Counted from the first letter of the stretch, positions 17,921-29,335 are shown. The stretch: DNA of 64,000 nt from Dehalobacterium sp. (GCA_040766325.1 JAXGQR010000009.1:65495-129494); one strand, 5' to 3'. The notes: generated from the letters alone by a model not told the origin. Translations and numbers: made by a program.

Positions 17921-19276
17921 TTACATAAAGGGCAGATTAAAGGGCAGTTTTCCTTTTTTACTTTTTTTCATCATCCCACTACTGCCGAATTGTTTGATCA
18001 TTTTCTTGGTTTCCGCAAATTGCTTCAGCAGCTTATTCAAATCCTGGACCTTGGTACCGCTGCCACGAGCGATGCGTTGTTTCCTGCTGCCGTTGATGAT
18101 TTCCGGATGTCTTCGTTCGTGAGCTGTCATGGATTGAATCATCGCTTCAATCTTCATAAAATCCTTTTCATCAACCTGCAAATCCTTTAATTTTTTATTG
18201 CCGCCCAAGCCGGGAATCATTCCTAAAAGATCCTGAACCGAACCCATTTTTTTAAACTGCTGCATCTGCTCTAAAAAGTCTTCTAAGGTGAAGTCTGCTT
18301 TACGCATCTTTTCTTCCATTTCCTTAGCCTTTTTAGCATCAAAATTATCCTGGGCCTTTTCGATTAAGGTCAGCACATCACCCATGCCTAAAATGCGGGA
18401 AGCCATCCTGTCGGGATGAAAGGGTTCCAATGCATCTAATTTTTCCCCCATACCCACAAACTTAATGGGTTTTCCCGTAACCGCTTTAACGGAAAGAGCG
18501 GCGCCCCCTCTGGTATCACCGTCTAATTTAGTTAAAATTAAGCCGTCAATGCCCAGTTCCTGATTAAAGGACTCGGCGACATTAACCGCATCCTGCCCCG
18601 TCATAGCATCCACCACGAGGAGAATTTCATGGGGATGCACCGTATCTTTGATATTTTTTAGCTCATCCATCAATTCTTCATTAATATGCAAACGCCCTGC
18701 CGTATCGATAATAACAATATCGTTCCCTTGGGTGGAGGCTCTTTCGATCCCTTGACGGGCAATTTCCACCGGACTTACCTTATTACCCAGACTAAAGACA
18801 GGCACCTGTAACTGCTCCCCTAAGACCTGTAATTGCTTAATGGCTGCCGGCCGATAGATATCTCCCGCCACCATTAAAGGCTGTCTCCCCTGTTTTTTTA
18901 AGTAAGTAGCCAGTTTCCCAGCGCTGGTGGTTTTACCGGCACCTTGTAAACCCACTAACATAATCACCGTCGGTGGCTTAGAGGAAATCACAATTTTTGA
19001 CTGACTGCTACCCATTAGAGCAGTTAATTCTTCGTGGACAATTTTTACAACATGCTGCCCCGGTGTTAGACTCTCCAGGACTTCTTGCCCTACCGCCCGA
19101 TCCCGTACTTTGGCAACAAAATCTTTAACCACTTTAAAGTTCACATCTGCTTCCAGAAGGGCTACACGCACTTCCCGCATGGCTTCCTTCACATCTGCTT
19201 CCGTTAACTTTCCTTTATTCTTTAACTTTTTAAAAGTTTCCTGCAGTTTATCTGCTAAAGAGCTAAAAACAGCCAT
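17921..19276 (-). CDS. ffh: signal recognition particle protein Ffh
   Basis: [14 protein letters not shown], and a Met-rich M-domain C-terminus. Confidence 0.95.
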   Translation of the reverse strand: MAVFSSLADKLQETFKKLKNKGKLTEADVKEAMREVRVALLEADVNFKVVKDFVAKVRDRAVGQEVLESLTPGQHVVKIVHEELTALMGSSQSKIVISSKPPTVIMLVGLQGAGKTTSAGKLATYLKKQGRQPLMVAGDIYRPAAIKQLQVLGEQLQVPVFSLGNKVSPVEIARQGIERASTQGNDIVIIDTAGRLHINEELMDELKNIKDTVHPHEILLVVDAMTGQDAVNVAESFNQELGIDGLILTKLDGDTRGGAALSVKAVTGKPIKFVGMGEKLDALEPFHPDRMASRILGMGDVLTLIEKAQDNFDAKKAKEMEEKMRKADFTLEDFLEQMQQFKKMGSVQDLLGMIPGLGGNKKLKDLQVDEKDFMKIEAMIQSMTAHERRHPEIINGSRKQRIARGSGTKVQDLNKLLKQFAETKKMIKQFGSSGMMKKSKKGKLPFNLPFM

Positions 19277-19284
19277 TATAAAAC

Positions 19285-19635
19285 CTACTTTCTTTCCAGA
19301 TCAATGATCTCTTGAATGATAGCCTCAATCTGTTCCAACAATTCCAAATTTCCCGTGGTACGTAGTTGAGAAACTAATCCTCCAATATCAGCAATTTTAC
19401 CCTGCTGTTTGTTAAATTTATCCATTAAGGAAAGTTTTTCTTCATAACCTTCCAAATTCTTTTCCGTTCTTTTCAAGAGATCATATACCGCTTGACGACT
19501 AATGCCGTATTCTTCTCCTATTTCCGATAAGGACAGATCATCCTCATAAAACATTTCCATGATCTCCTGCTGTTTAGGGGTCAATAATTTGCCATAAAAA
19601 TCATAGAGCATCGTCATGCGGGCTAATTTTTCCAC
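19285..19635 (-). CDS. ylxM: UPF0122/YlxM putative DNA-binding protein
   Basis: 116 aa with a sigma70-r4-like HTH (LSLSEIGEEYGISRQAVYD), in the conserved position upstream of ffh. Confidence 0.85.
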   Translation of the reverse strand: MEKLARMTMLYDFYGKLLTPKQQEIMEMFYEDDLSLSEIGEEYGISRQAVYDLLKRTEKNLEGYEEKLSLMDKFNKQQGKIADIGGLVSQLRTTGNLELLEQIEAIIQEIIDLERK

Positions 19636-19705
19636 TGCTTTTCACCCGCCCGTTAAGTATTTTTACTTTACACATTTTATTACAACAAACATGCTTTGTC
19701 AAGCA

Positions 19706-21337
19706 TTATTCCAGCACGGCACTGATATTGGGAATCACTTGTTTTTTGCGAGAAACGACGCCGGGCAAATATACACTGTCTACTCCCGTTTTGACGTCGA
19801 AAGCCTTGCTAACCACATCTTTTAATTCACCGACAAAGAGAATTTCAGAGCCCTGATTAATAATATCGGTGATTAAAAGAAGAATCAAACCATAGTGGCC
19901 GTCCTGACAATAGCTTGCCATAAAGGACAGCAAGTCTTCTCTCATCTCTTCCACGCTCTCCATATCAATGGTATAAACCTGACCAATGCCAATTCTTCCT
20001 TTATTAAAAGCCACTTCCTTAAAATCCTTCAGGAGCATTTCTCGAGGGCTTATTCCTTTGATATTAGAGCCGGCCTTAAACATTTGTAGAGCATAGGAGT
20101 CAATATCAATATTGGCAATCTCTCCCGTTTTCTCCGCCGTAACCTGATCCAGATAAGTGCAGGTGGGAGACTGAAATCGTAAGGTGTCGGACAAAATTGC
20201 GGAACACATTAAACCGGCAATTTTTTTTGAGGGCTTGATCCCGGCATCAAAATACATATTAGCAATAATCGTCGCCGTGCAGCCTACCGGTTCATTTTTA
20301 AATAAAATCGGTTTTCCCGTTTGAATGTCTCCTAAACGATGATGATCAATAATTTCCAAAATATCCGCTTCTTCAATCCCCGGTACTGTTTGGCTCATCT
20401 CGTTATGATCCACCAAAATAACCTGTTTGCGATTCTGAGAGATCACATGATAACGGGAAATAAACCCTAAGACCTTATTGTTCTTGTCCACCACCGGATA
20501 GCTGCGATAGCGCGTATTCATCATGGTTTCCCTGACCTCATCTAAAAAATCATCAAAGGAAAATTTAACAATCTCCTTCGTCGTCATCACATATGAGTTG
20601 GGAATACTGAGATTGATTAAACGGGCGGCAGTAAAAGTATCCATTTGGGTAACCATTAAAATACAGCCAAATTTTTGCGCTGTGTCAATCAAAAAGGATT
20701 CTGCCTCATTAAAACAAGTTAAGATCACACAATTAGCTCCTAGCTCCAGGGCTTTTACGATGCTGTCCTGTCGGTTACCGGCAATAACAATGTCTCCCTC
20801 TTCCACAAAGGACTCTATTTGCTGAGGATCAGTAGCTAAAACCAACACCTTGCCTGTGGTATTATAATCCTTTTCTGCGCCTGTAACAATTTGGGCATTT
20901 AAGGTATCGGCGATATTTTCCAGAGGGGTTTTACTGGCTGCAATCAGATTATTATCAACTGTATCCATATACTTTTCCGTAATATCCGATAAGGTCACAA
21001 TCCCTAGAAGCCGTTCCTCCTCATCCACCACAGGCAGAGATTTTAGATTAGATTTTCGCATAATATTCCAAGTTCTTTTGATGGGAATCCCCGGTGATAA
21101 ACTGGGTACCACATCCATGCTTAAGTCCGATACTTGTTTTTTGACCGTTTCTACCAATGCCGGTACTTCAACATCAAAATAATTCAAGACAAACTCCGTT
21201 TCATGATTCAGCTCTCCCAGTCTACCGGGTATAGCCTCCCAGCCCTGCTTTCTTTTTAACTCCGCATAAGCGATGGCAGAACAAATGGAATCTGTGTCCG
21301 GGTTTTTATGACCCAGCACATATACTTTTTTTTGCAT
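19706..21337 (-). CDS. CBS-domain-containing family II (DHH/DHHA2) inorganic pyrophosphatase
   Basis: N-terminal GHKNPDTDSICSAIAYA, an internal CBS pair, DHNE and DHHRLG motifs, and a DHHA2 C-terminus. Confidence 0.8.
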   Translation of the reverse strand: MQKKVYVLGHKNPDTDSICSAIAYAELKRKQGWEAIPGRLGELNHETEFVLNYFDVEVPALVETVKKQVSDLSMDVVPSLSPGIPIKRTWNIMRKSNLKSLPVVDEEERLLGIVTLSDITEKYMDTVDNNLIAASKTPLENIADTLNAQIVTGAEKDYNTTGKVLVLATDPQQIESFVEEGDIVIAGNRQDSIVKALELGANCVILTCFNEAESFLIDTAQKFGCILMVTQMDTFTAARLINLSIPNSYVMTTKEIVKFSFDDFLDEVRETMMNTRYRSYPVVDKNNKVLGFISRYHVISQNRKQVILVDHNEMSQTVPGIEEADILEIIDHHRLGDIQTGKPILFKNEPVGCTATIIANMYFDAGIKPSKKIAGLMCSAILSDTLRFQSPTCTYLDQVTAEKTGEIANIDIDSYALQMFKAGSNIKGISPREMLLKDFKEVAFNKGRIGIGQVYTIDMESVEEMREDLLSFMASYCQDGHYGLILLLITDIINQGSEILFVGELKDVVSKAFDVKTGVDSVYLPGVVSRKKQVIPNISAVLE

Positions 21338-21483
21338 TCTCCGGCCCCTTTTTATCGTTTTTGATAGCTAAGATCATCCTACATGATTTATGATACATTT
21401 CTCACCAAAATAAGTAAACATAATTTTATCCTTATTTGTCGGTTAATCTAATATCAAAAATTCGTCATCAAATATTTCTATGA

Positions 21484-21870
21484 TCAGCGATGCTCTTCCC
21501 ATCCATGTTCGCCACGGTTGTCGTCACGATGTTCACCTCGATGTTCACAGGTCGCGTCTGAATCAAATTTTAATTTTCTTGCCAGTAATTGCTCTACGGC
21601 CTTATCTGCATCGCCAGATACACCTCCATAGAGTTTGATGCCCGCTTCAGCTAAGGCTCTCTTTGCACCTCCGCCGATACCGCCGCAGATTAGTGTGTCC
21701 ACACTTATCTTTTTAAGAATGTCAGCAAGGGCACCATGGCTACTGCCGTTTGTGTTGACAGTCGTGGCTACCGTCACCTTACCATTTTCTATGTCATAGA
21801 TCTTAAACCGTTCGGTGTGTCCGAAGTGTTGAAACACCTGTCCATTTTCATATGTTACCGCAATTCTCAT
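21484..21870 (-). CDS. NifB/NifX-type (dinitrogenase FeMo-cofactor-binding fold) small protein with a His/Glu/Arg-rich tail
   Basis: MRIAVTYENGQVFQHFGHTERFKIYD...LICGGIGGGA. The tail reads EHRGEHRDDNRGEHGWEEHR. The ATG at 21870 has GAGGA 8 nt upstream. Confidence 0.65.
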   Translation of the reverse strand: MRIAVTYENGQVFQHFGHTERFKIYDIENGKVTVATTVNTNGSSHGALADILKKISVDTLICGGIGGGAKRALAEAGIKLYGGVSGDADKAVEQLLARKLKFDSDATCEHRGEHRDDNRGEHGWEEHR

Positions 21871-22176
21871 GTTACATTTCCTCACTTTCTATTAATTTCA
21901 TTAAATCGTTAAACCAGTTCCCATCAAACAACTCAATGTCCTCCAAATTATAATTGTCATATGCTATTAACTATAATTAGGATACTGAAATATATGTCAT
22001 ATGTCAATAACTTTTATTCTATATGTTTGTACCGTTCTTTTTGGATCTCCTTTGATTTTTGCCATAAAAAAATACCTCCGGATCGATTTTAGTTTATCTC
22101 AATCCAAAGGTATCTCATCATTAGGTAAATTCGCTTCACTCTTAAGTGAACGCCGCCAGTAACTTAGTTTATTGTT

Positions 22177-23454
22177 TTAGTTTAAATCCGGCATCTCGTC
22201 TAATACCGGTATTTCCAGTACAGGGGCATCTAATGCTTCTTGAGGAACCTCAATTACCACTTCTTCCCCATAACTATATTCATCAAACTTCATCGTCATC
22301 TCTATTGCGCTGATCGGTACAGGCTCTCCCATAAATTCATCATTAAAGGTCATGATAGTACTCATTTCTGCATCTCGGGGTAAATAATCGTTCACACCGA
22401 TATGTTCAATGCCCCAGTAGCTAATGGTGTCCATGATCTCTACAGACTGAGTCAAGGCTTGTTGTAAATCCGCGCTATCTCCGAATTGACCCATGGCCGC
22501 ATTTAAGAATTTACCCAGATCATCAATTCGACCATAAAAAGCCATGCGGTAAACCTCTTCTCCGTCAACCTGAGTTGTTCCGATCAAATTGTAGTGCAAG
22601 AACTCCTCTAATTCCTCCGGTACGGCATTTCCCTGCTTTTCCGCCATTTCCATAATTGCATTTAGATCAGGCATCATTTCTTCAGGATAACGGATCCATT
22701 CCATTTCTCCGCTTTCTCCAACAGGGATTTGTTGATACATTTCACCGTTGGCAAAATATGTTTCCATGGTAATAATTTCTTCTCCGCTGCCCGGGATTAC
22801 CAAATTCATAGAAATTTTCTGATGAATCTTATCCGGTAGGATTACCTTCTGCTCAATTCTCATCTTCTGTTCCCCGGTAGGAATTTCTTCAGCACCCTCT
22901 ACCCCGGATCTGGGGATCATCCTAATGGTGCCGTCTATAACCATGCTTAAGGTTTGATTCTGAGATTGGGCAGCCGCTTGAGATTTCTCTACTATTTCCA
23001 TTACTTCCGCTTGGGTCCTAAAGACCTGATCCAATAAATTAAGTCCTTCTTCCCGCTCCAAGACATCTTGGGGCTCTCCAGAAATTAAACCATGATAATT
23101 CAGCCAGGCATAGATATTATAACCCCAGTGATTTGGATCTAAAGGAGCGGTGGCCTGTTTTGGTGGGTTGATGTCGTCCTTTAAGCCCATAGCTCTACCC
23201 ACAAAAATAGCCGCTTCCAAACGCGAAATTTCTTTTTCCAAACCTAGGTCTCCACCCGGAAAGCCCTGAATAATTCCTTTTTCCATCAACAAAGCGGCCG
23301 GGCTTACGCCTTCCTCTCCTTCCAGTTGAGCTGCCTCTACCAACATGGTAGCAAAATCCCCGCGAGTGAAATTGCCGTCAGTCTCCGCAGCCCATGCTGC
23401 ACCTGAGACAGCCAACAACAACACCAAGATTGACCAAAAAATCCTTTTTTTCAC
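22177..23454 (-). CDS. secreted SLH-domain protein
   Basis: Signal peptide ending AWA. The N-terminal SLH-like block is FTRGDFATMLVEAAQL...GFPGGDLGLEKEISRLEAAIFVGRA. The C-terminal domain is of unknown function. Confidence 0.55.
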   Translation of the reverse strand: MKKRIFWSILVLLLAVSGAAWAAETDGNFTRGDFATMLVEAAQLEGEEGVSPAALLMEKGIIQGFPGGDLGLEKEISRLEAAIFVGRAMGLKDDINPPKQATAPLDPNHWGYNIYAWLNYHGLISGEPQDVLEREEGLNLLDQVFRTQAEVMEIVEKSQAAAQSQNQTLSMVIDGTIRMIPRSGVEGAEEIPTGEQKMRIEQKVILPDKIHQKISMNLVIPGSGEEIITMETYFANGEMYQQIPVGESGEMEWIRYPEEMMPDLNAIMEMAEKQGNAVPEELEEFLHYNLIGTTQVDGEEVYRMAFYGRIDDLGKFLNAAMGQFGDSADLQQALTQSVEIMDTISYWGIEHIGVNDYLPRDAEMSTIMTFNDEFMGEPVPISAIEMTMKFDEYSYGEEVVIEVPQEALDAPVLEIPVLDEMPDLN

Positions 23455-23633
23455 ACGATCTCCTCCTTTATTTTTCTCCTAAGTTTATAATTCCCTATGC
23501 AGCATTCCCCCTCCTGCAAATTTTCTAATTTATTTGATGCTGATTCACAACTTACCCATAACCGACAAAAGGATACAAATAAAAAATCACTCAATTAATG
23601 GACGAAACTCAAGAATTTTTGTTCCGCCCAAGC

Positions 23634-23680
23634 GTAAAAAAATTGAGGTTCAAAACAGCAGCTGCCATTTTGAACCTCAA
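23634..23680 (-). terminator. catalase terminator
   Basis: A 14-bp perfect stem, ATTGAGGTTCAAAA / TTTTGAACCTCAAT, followed by a T-run on the minus strand. Confidence 0.8.
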
Positions 23681-23794
23681 TAAAATATTTTTATTACGGA
23701 CGCTAAGTTCCTTATTGGTTCAACTAACTTTCAGTAAGGGATGAGGAAAACCCCTACTGATAGAAGTTTCACTTTATTTCTTCTTAGCTACATA

Positions 23795-25504
23795 TTATAG
23801 CAGGTGGGGATCGTTTTCCCAACTGTACAAACTAGTCGGATCTTTAACATTGGTATCGCGGCCGTTGGGGGGCAAATCCCGAGCACTCACAGGATCTGCA
23901 GGCGCGGTAGGCACATTCAGGTCGGCAAAACCACGAGCATTATCCTGCACCCAGGCATCATGGCTATTAGATTTCATCGGAGTCGGATCCACATCGTCAA
24001 GGGAAATACCCAGAGCCGCGGCGACACCTTTACCATACTCAGGATCAGCCATATAACAATGCGTGATATGGCGATGCTTAATCTGTAGCGTTGAATCGCC
24101 CATATTTCTCGCTGTATTTTCAAAAAGCACCAATTTCTGTTCCGGGCTCATCCCGCGGAAGAGCATTCCGGGCTGGGTGTAATAATCATGATCATCTTCA
24201 CGGAAATCATACTGATAAACATCGCCGCCCTCTTGCATCGGCTCAGCGGTCTCCGGATGGTCAGACCAATTACCATAGCTGTTGGGTTCATAATGGAGTT
24301 CACTGCCCATATTGCCATCCACCCTCATCTGGCCATCACGATGAAAACTGTGGGGATACTTGACGCCTTGAGGACTGTTAACAGGAATCTGATGATGGTT
24401 TACCCCGAGACGGTAGCGCTGGGCATCGCCGTAAGCAAAAAGCCGGGTCTGGAGCATGCGGTCGGGAGAATAGCCGATGCCCGGCACATTGTTGGCAGGG
24501 TTGAAGGCCGCTTGCTCAACTTCGGCAAAATAATTCTCGGGATTTTGATTGAGGACAATTTCACCCACCTCAATCAGGGGGAAATCTTTCTTTAACCACA
24601 TCTTGGTAAGATCAAAGGGGTTATAAGGCAGGTTTTTCGCCTGTTCTTCTGTCATCACCTGAATAAACATAGTCCATTTCGGGTACATGCCCTTTTCAAT
24701 AGCCGTATAAAGGTCTCGCTGATGACTTTCTCGATCCTTTGCAACGACCATTTCAGCTTCCTGGTCCGTCAAATTCTGAATGCCCTGCTGACTGCGAAAA
24801 TGGAATTTTACCCATACTCTCTCATTGGCAGCATTGATCAAACTATATGTATGGCTGGAGAATCCATGCATATAACGGTAGGAAGAAGGAATGCCTCGAT
24901 CACTCATCGTAATTGTTACTTGAAGCAGCGCTTCAGGAAGGGATGTCCAAAAATCCCAGTTATTATTAGGGCTCCGCATGTTGGTGCGGGGATCACGCTT
25001 GACCGCATGATTTAGATCAATAAACTTTTTGGGATCCCGGAAAAAGAATACCGGTGTATTGTTGCCTACAAGATCCCAGTTGCCTTCTTCAGTGTAGTAT
25101 TTCATCGCAAAACCGCGGATATCCCGTTCTGCATCGGCGGCACCTCGTTCACCGGCCACTGTAGAAAAACGCATGAACATCTTGGTTTTCTTACCCACCT
25201 GAGAAAAGATCTTCGCCTTAGTATATTTGGTAATATCATGTGTGACAGTAAATTCACCATAGGCTCCGGATCCCTTGGCATGCATGCGCCGCTCAGGGAT
25301 AACCTCACGATTAAAGTGAGCGTGTTTCTCCATGAGCCAGGCGTCCTGAATAACTACAGGTCCTCTGGGTCCTGCGGTCATCGTATCTTGGTTATTAACT
25401 ACCGGGGCACCATTTTCACGTGTAATACCGGGATGAACCCCTTTTACATCGTTACGACTGGGCAAAGGTGCGCCTAAACCATTCTTTTTCATCGGATCGT
25501 TCAT
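23795..25504 (-). CDS. kat: monofunctional heme catalase with an extended C-terminus
   Basis: Contains [42 protein letters not shown] and [14 protein letters not shown]. At 569 aa it is roughly 70-80 residues longer than small-subunit catalases. Confidence 0.9.
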   Translation of the reverse strand: MNDPMKKNGLGAPLPSRNDVKGVHPGITRENGAPVVNNQDTMTAGPRGPVVIQDAWLMEKHAHFNREVIPERRMHAKGSGAYGEFTVTHDITKYTKAKIFSQVGKKTKMFMRFSTVAGERGAADAERDIRGFAMKYYTEEGNWDLVGNNTPVFFFRDPKKFIDLNHAVKRDPRTNMRSPNNNWDFWTSLPEALLQVTITMSDRGIPSSYRYMHGFSSHTYSLINAANERVWVKFHFRSQQGIQNLTDQEAEMVVAKDRESHQRDLYTAIEKGMYPKWTMFIQVMTEEQAKNLPYNPFDLTKMWLKKDFPLIEVGEIVLNQNPENYFAEVEQAAFNPANNVPGIGYSPDRMLQTRLFAYGDAQRYRLGVNHHQIPVNSPQGVKYPHSFHRDGQMRVDGNMGSELHYEPNSYGNWSDHPETAEPMQEGGDVYQYDFREDDHDYYTQPGMLFRGMSPEQKLVLFENTARNMGDSTLQIKHRHITHCYMADPEYGKGVAAALGISLDDVDPTPMKSNSHDAWVQDNARGFADLNVPTAPADPVSARDLPPNGRDTNVKDPTSLYSWENDPHLL

Positions 25505-25656
25505 CTAATCTCCCCTCCCATTATTTTTATTTTTCTTGAGTGCTATTTGTTTCTATTAGCTCTATTGCTAATTATTCTCATTATACCATAAAAAAGCAAG
25601 AATCATAAGAATTAGACCCAACAAGATTTAATATTGCTTTTCTTATCAGTTATTTC

Positions 25657-26262
25657 TTAAGATCTTCTTTTCATCACACGGGATAACAAAAATGCCAAAA
25701 TACCCACGCCCAGCACGGTGTAAGTAATGTTAGAATATGTATCCATGACCTTAATAATATCCTCCCAGGAAGCACCTAAAAAAGCGCCCGTCTGAACAAG
25801 GAGGGTGTTCCAGATAATGGTCCCCGCCGTGGTGAAAATTAGAAAAATAGGGAATCTCATCTGAGACAATCCCGCAGGAATCGAGATCAGACTGCGAATC
25901 ACAGGAATCATGCGGCAAAAAAACACCGTCCAATAACCGTAACGTTGGAACCAGGAATCAGCCCGATAGACATCCGCTACCTTTAACCCTAAGTAACGGC
26001 CGTAGCGAACCACAATTCTTTCCAGCCTATTTATATCAATAAGATAACCGATGCCATACAGGATCATGGCACCAAAAACAGATCCCAGGGTGGCCGAGAT
26101 AATGACACCCAAAATAGACAGATTCGTATAAGTTGTCATAAAGCCACCTAAAGCAAGAATGACTTCTGAAGGAATTGGAGGGAAAACGTTTTCCAGGGTA
26201 ATTAACAAAAATACACCTAAGTAGCCATATTGCCCCATCAGGTCGATAATCCAGTTTTGCAT
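25657..26262 (-). CDS. DedA-family membrane protein
   Basis: 201 aa, multi-TM, with the ENVFPPIPSEVIL motif. Confidence 0.8.
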   Translation of the reverse strand: MQNWIIDLMGQYGYLGVFLLITLENVFPPIPSEVILALGGFMTTYTNLSILGVIISATLGSVFGAMILYGIGYLIDINRLERIVVRYGRYLGLKVADVYRADSWFQRYGYWTVFFCRMIPVIRSLISIPAGLSQMRFPIFLIFTTAGTIIWNTLLVQTGAFLGASWEDIIKVMDTYSNITYTVLGVGILAFLLSRVMKRRS

Positions 26263-26272
26263 ACCCGCTCCT

Positions 26273-27580
26273 TTATTTTACTTGGTCTACCAATCTCCGC
26301 GTACATTTCTCAACCTCATATAGAATTCGTTCTTCGTCCAAGGTTAATAGTTGACGGTTTTCCATAACCACCTTACCATCTATCAATACCGTCTTGACGT
26401 CGCTGCCCCGGGCAGCATACACTAGATGGGCCGATGCATCATGATGCGGATAAAGATGAGGCTGATGAAAATCTACTAAAATGATATCTGCTTTTTTGCC
26501 CACAGCAATTTGACCGATTTCCCCTGCTAAACCCAAAGCCTCGGCACCATTTTGGGTCGCCATTTCCAAGACTTGATAAGCAGGAAGCACCGTGGGATCC
26601 ATGGTAGCCACCTTCTGCAAAAAGCTGGCCGTTCTCATCTCTTCAATCATATCCAGGTTATTATTACTGGAAGCACCATCCGTTCCTAGGGCGACGGTAA
26701 TCCCTTTTTCAAGCATCCGCGCCACCGGGGCAATGCCGCTGCCAAGCTTCATATTGCTCTGAGGATTATGGGCCACCTTAACCTTCTTGGCAGCCAATAG
26801 ATCCATTTCTTCCTCATTAACATGCACTACATGAGCAGCTAAGACATGGTGCTGAAATAATCCGATCTCATCCATCAATGCTACCGGTCTTTTACCGTAA
26901 TCTTTTTCGATATCGGCCACCTCGGTAAGGGTTTCCGCTAAATGTATATGAATACCTACACCTAAGGATTCCACATAAGAGAGGACTTTTTTCAAAAAAT
27001 CCGGCGGACAGGTATAAGGGGCATGAGGACCCATCATCGTGGTGATTCGTCCTTCGGCCTTGCCCTGCCAATTCTTAATAAAATTAACTGATTCTCCTAA
27101 AGCCTTATCTCCATTGGATCCCAGACCGGTCATGCCTCGAGCTAATACGCCCCGCATGCCGCTTTCATCCACAGCACGGGCGACTTCATCCATGAGAATA
27201 TACATATCGGCAAAGGTCGTCGTACCGGACTTAATCATCTCCACGATGCTCAGCAAGGTTCCCCAATAAATATCCGAAGAGATCATTTCATTTTCAATGG
27301 GCCAAATCTTTTTTTGCAGCCACTCCATTAAAGGCAGATCATCGGCGTAACTACGCAAGAGAGTCATGGCCCCGTGGGTATGGGTATTGATCAGACCGGG
27401 GAGGGCAACACAATCGGTACCATCAATTACTTTGTCAAAATCCCCGTCTTCCGGGATTGGTCCCACACCACTGATTTTTCCGTTATAAATTGCGATATTT
27501 CCCTGCACCCACGGTTCTTCCCTTAAGGCCATTTCTTCAGTCATGGGGTAAATCAGGGCATTTTTGATTAATATCTTCAT
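26273..27580 (-). CDS. mtaD: 5'-methylthioadenosine/S-adenosylhomocysteine (5'-deoxyadenosine) deaminase
   Basis: Amidohydrolase with INTHTHGAMT, HLAET and GTDGASSNN motifs. Confidence 0.8.
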   Translation of the reverse strand: MKILIKNALIYPMTEEMALREEPWVQGNIAIYNGKISGVGPIPEDGDFDKVIDGTDCVALPGLINTHTHGAMTLLRSYADDLPLMEWLQKKIWPIENEMISSDIYWGTLLSIVEMIKSGTTTFADMYILMDEVARAVDESGMRGVLARGMTGLGSNGDKALGESVNFIKNWQGKAEGRITTMMGPHAPYTCPPDFLKKVLSYVESLGVGIHIHLAETLTEVADIEKDYGKRPVALMDEIGLFQHHVLAAHVVHVNEEEMDLLAAKKVKVAHNPQSNMKLGSGIAPVARMLEKGITVALGTDGASSNNNLDMIEEMRTASFLQKVATMDPTVLPAYQVLEMATQNGAEALGLAGEIGQIAVGKKADIILVDFHQPHLYPHHDASAHLVYAARGSDVKTVLIDGKVVMENRQLLTLDEERILYEVEKCTRRLVDQVK

Positions 27581-27594
27581 TACTTACACCTCAT

Positions 27595-28257
27595 TTACTT
27601 CTTACTTTGTCCGTAATGTTTTAAGAAATTTTCCCGCAAATTTTTTATTTCCAGGTCATCCAAAACATGAGCTGTCCCCAAGGATTTGGCATTTAAAAAA
27701 ACGAGAGCGAGTTTTTCTACTAAAACAGCAACAGTAAAGGCTTCCTCCAGAGTTCTCCCGAGGGCCACAACACCATGGTTCGCTAGTAAAACAGCGTTTC
27801 TGTTTTCTAAACCACGTACCCCATGCTGCGCCAATTCCAGAGACCCGGGCGGCGCGTAACGAGCCACTTCCACCGCTCCACCGATTAATTGAGCTGCTTC
27901 CTCTAACACAGGAGGAATCCGTTCCTGGGCTACAGCAAAGGAACAGGCATAATTACTGTGGGTATGCACAATTGCTCCTGCATCGGAGCGGGCTTTATAG
28001 ATTTCTTGATGCAATAGATATTCCGAAGAAGGTTTTCTCTTCCCATCCACAACCTCTCCGGCGAAATTCATGGTCACAATATCCTCGGTCTTTAATTGAT
28101 GATAGGCCATACCGCTGGGGGTAATATGATAATTCTTATGGTTGGGAACGCGGCAGCTGATATTCCCCCATGTGCCTACCACCAACTGAGTATCCACGAG
28201 TTTTTTACCCACTTGGATTATTTCTTCTTTTAATTGTAAGGCAGAATAAATAATCAC
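27595..28257 (-). CDS. class II aldolase (MTRu-1-P/5-deoxyribulose-1-P aldolase or MtnB-like dehydratase)
   Basis: Class II aldolase/adducin fold (GNISCR, HTHS, ANHGVVALG). It is sandwiched between mtnA and mtaD. Confidence 0.7.
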   Translation of the reverse strand: MIIYSALQLKEEIIQVGKKLVDTQLVVGTWGNISCRVPNHKNYHITPSGMAYHQLKTEDIVTMNFAGEVVDGKRKPSSEYLLHQEIYKARSDAGAIVHTHSNYACSFAVAQERIPPVLEEAAQLIGGAVEVARYAPPGSLELAQHGVRGLENRNAVLLANHGVVALGRTLEEAFTVAVLVEKLALVFLNAKSLGTAHVLDDLEIKNLRENFLKHYGQSKK

Positions 28258-28285
28258 AGGAATCCTCCTCGATCCGCATCTTGAT

Positions 28286-29314
28286 TTAAGAGATTATTTT
28301 GTAAACGTTTTCCTCATTAGGTTGATTAATAATTCCTCTTTCCGTAATAATGGCTGTAATCAAATGGTGGGGAGTAACATCAAATGCCGGATTAAATACA
28401 GGCACATCCAAAGGTGCGGTCTGAACCCCCAAGACTCGTCTTACCTCTTCCGGACTTCTTTCTTCAATGGGAATATCCGCTCCCGAGTTAAGGGTTAAAT
28501 CAAAGGTACTGGCCGGCGCCGCCACATAAAAAGGAATCCCATGGGCACGAGCCAATACCGCCAAGCTATAAGTACCAATTTTATTGGCCACATCTCCCCG
28601 GGCCGTAATCCGATCCGCTCCTACCAGGACCAGATCAACCCAACCCTTTTGCATTACGTATCCGGCCATGTTGTCTGTAATTAAGGTTACAGGAATGTTT
28701 TCCTCCATTAGTTCAAAAGCGGTCAAGCGCGCACCCTGAAGGAGAGGCCTGGTTTCATCGGCAAAAACCCGCACCTTTTTACCACTATCATGGGCGGCAC
28801 GAATCACGCCTAGAGCAGTGCCATAACCTCCTGTAGCTAAGGCTCCGGCATTGCAATGCGTGAGAATTGAAGCCTCATCGGGGATAAGTTCCCGGCCCAG
28901 CCGCCCCATTGTTTGATTCAGGGTTAAATCTTCCTGGAGAATTCCATGGGCTTCCCTAAGGAGGGTTTGATAGATCATAGCCGGTGATTGCTCCGGGTTA
29001 ATGCATTTTTTCATGCGATCCAAAGCCCAGAAAAGATTGACTGCCGTAGGTCGGGAAGCGGCTAATGCTCCAGCGGCCAGACGCAGCTCTTCTAAACAGG
29101 CAACCCGGTCCTGGGCACTGCCTGACCGGGCTGCCAAAACCAGACCATATGCCGCGGCACAACCAATAGCTGGTGCTCCCCGCACCACCAATCTTTTAAT
29201 GGCGCTGACAACATCTTGATATTTTGTACAAGTATAATAACTTACTTCGCCGGGCAGCTTGGTCTGATCTAATAAAATCAGTTTATGGTCAACCCAGCGC
29301 ATGGTTTCAAGCAC
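28286..29314 (-). CDS. mtnA: S-methyl-5-thioribose-1-phosphate isomerase
   Basis: eIF-2B-related family with VRGAPAIG, THCNAGALAT, GADRI..NGDVANKIGTY and FDVTP. Confidence 0.9.
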   Translation of the reverse strand: MLETMRWVDHKLILLDQTKLPGEVSYYTCTKYQDVVSAIKRLVVRGAPAIGCAAAYGLVLAARSGSAQDRVACLEELRLAAGALAASRPTAVNLFWALDRMKKCINPEQSPAMIYQTLLREAHGILQEDLTLNQTMGRLGRELIPDEASILTHCNAGALATGGYGTALGVIRAAHDSGKKVRVFADETRPLLQGARLTAFELMEENIPVTLITDNMAGYVMQKGWVDLVLVGADRITARGDVANKIGTYSLAVLARAHGIPFYVAAPASTFDLTLNSGADIPIEERSPEEVRRVLGVQTAPLDVPVFNPAFDVTPHHLITAIITERGIINQPNEENVYKIIS

Positions 29315-29335
29315 TTCGCTCCACCTATCCTTTAT

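Noticed and set aside
23850-25477. Several 60-135-aa plus-strand ORFs inside the catalase region
   Set aside because: They are antisense shadows of a strongly supported catalase gene and have no independent signals.
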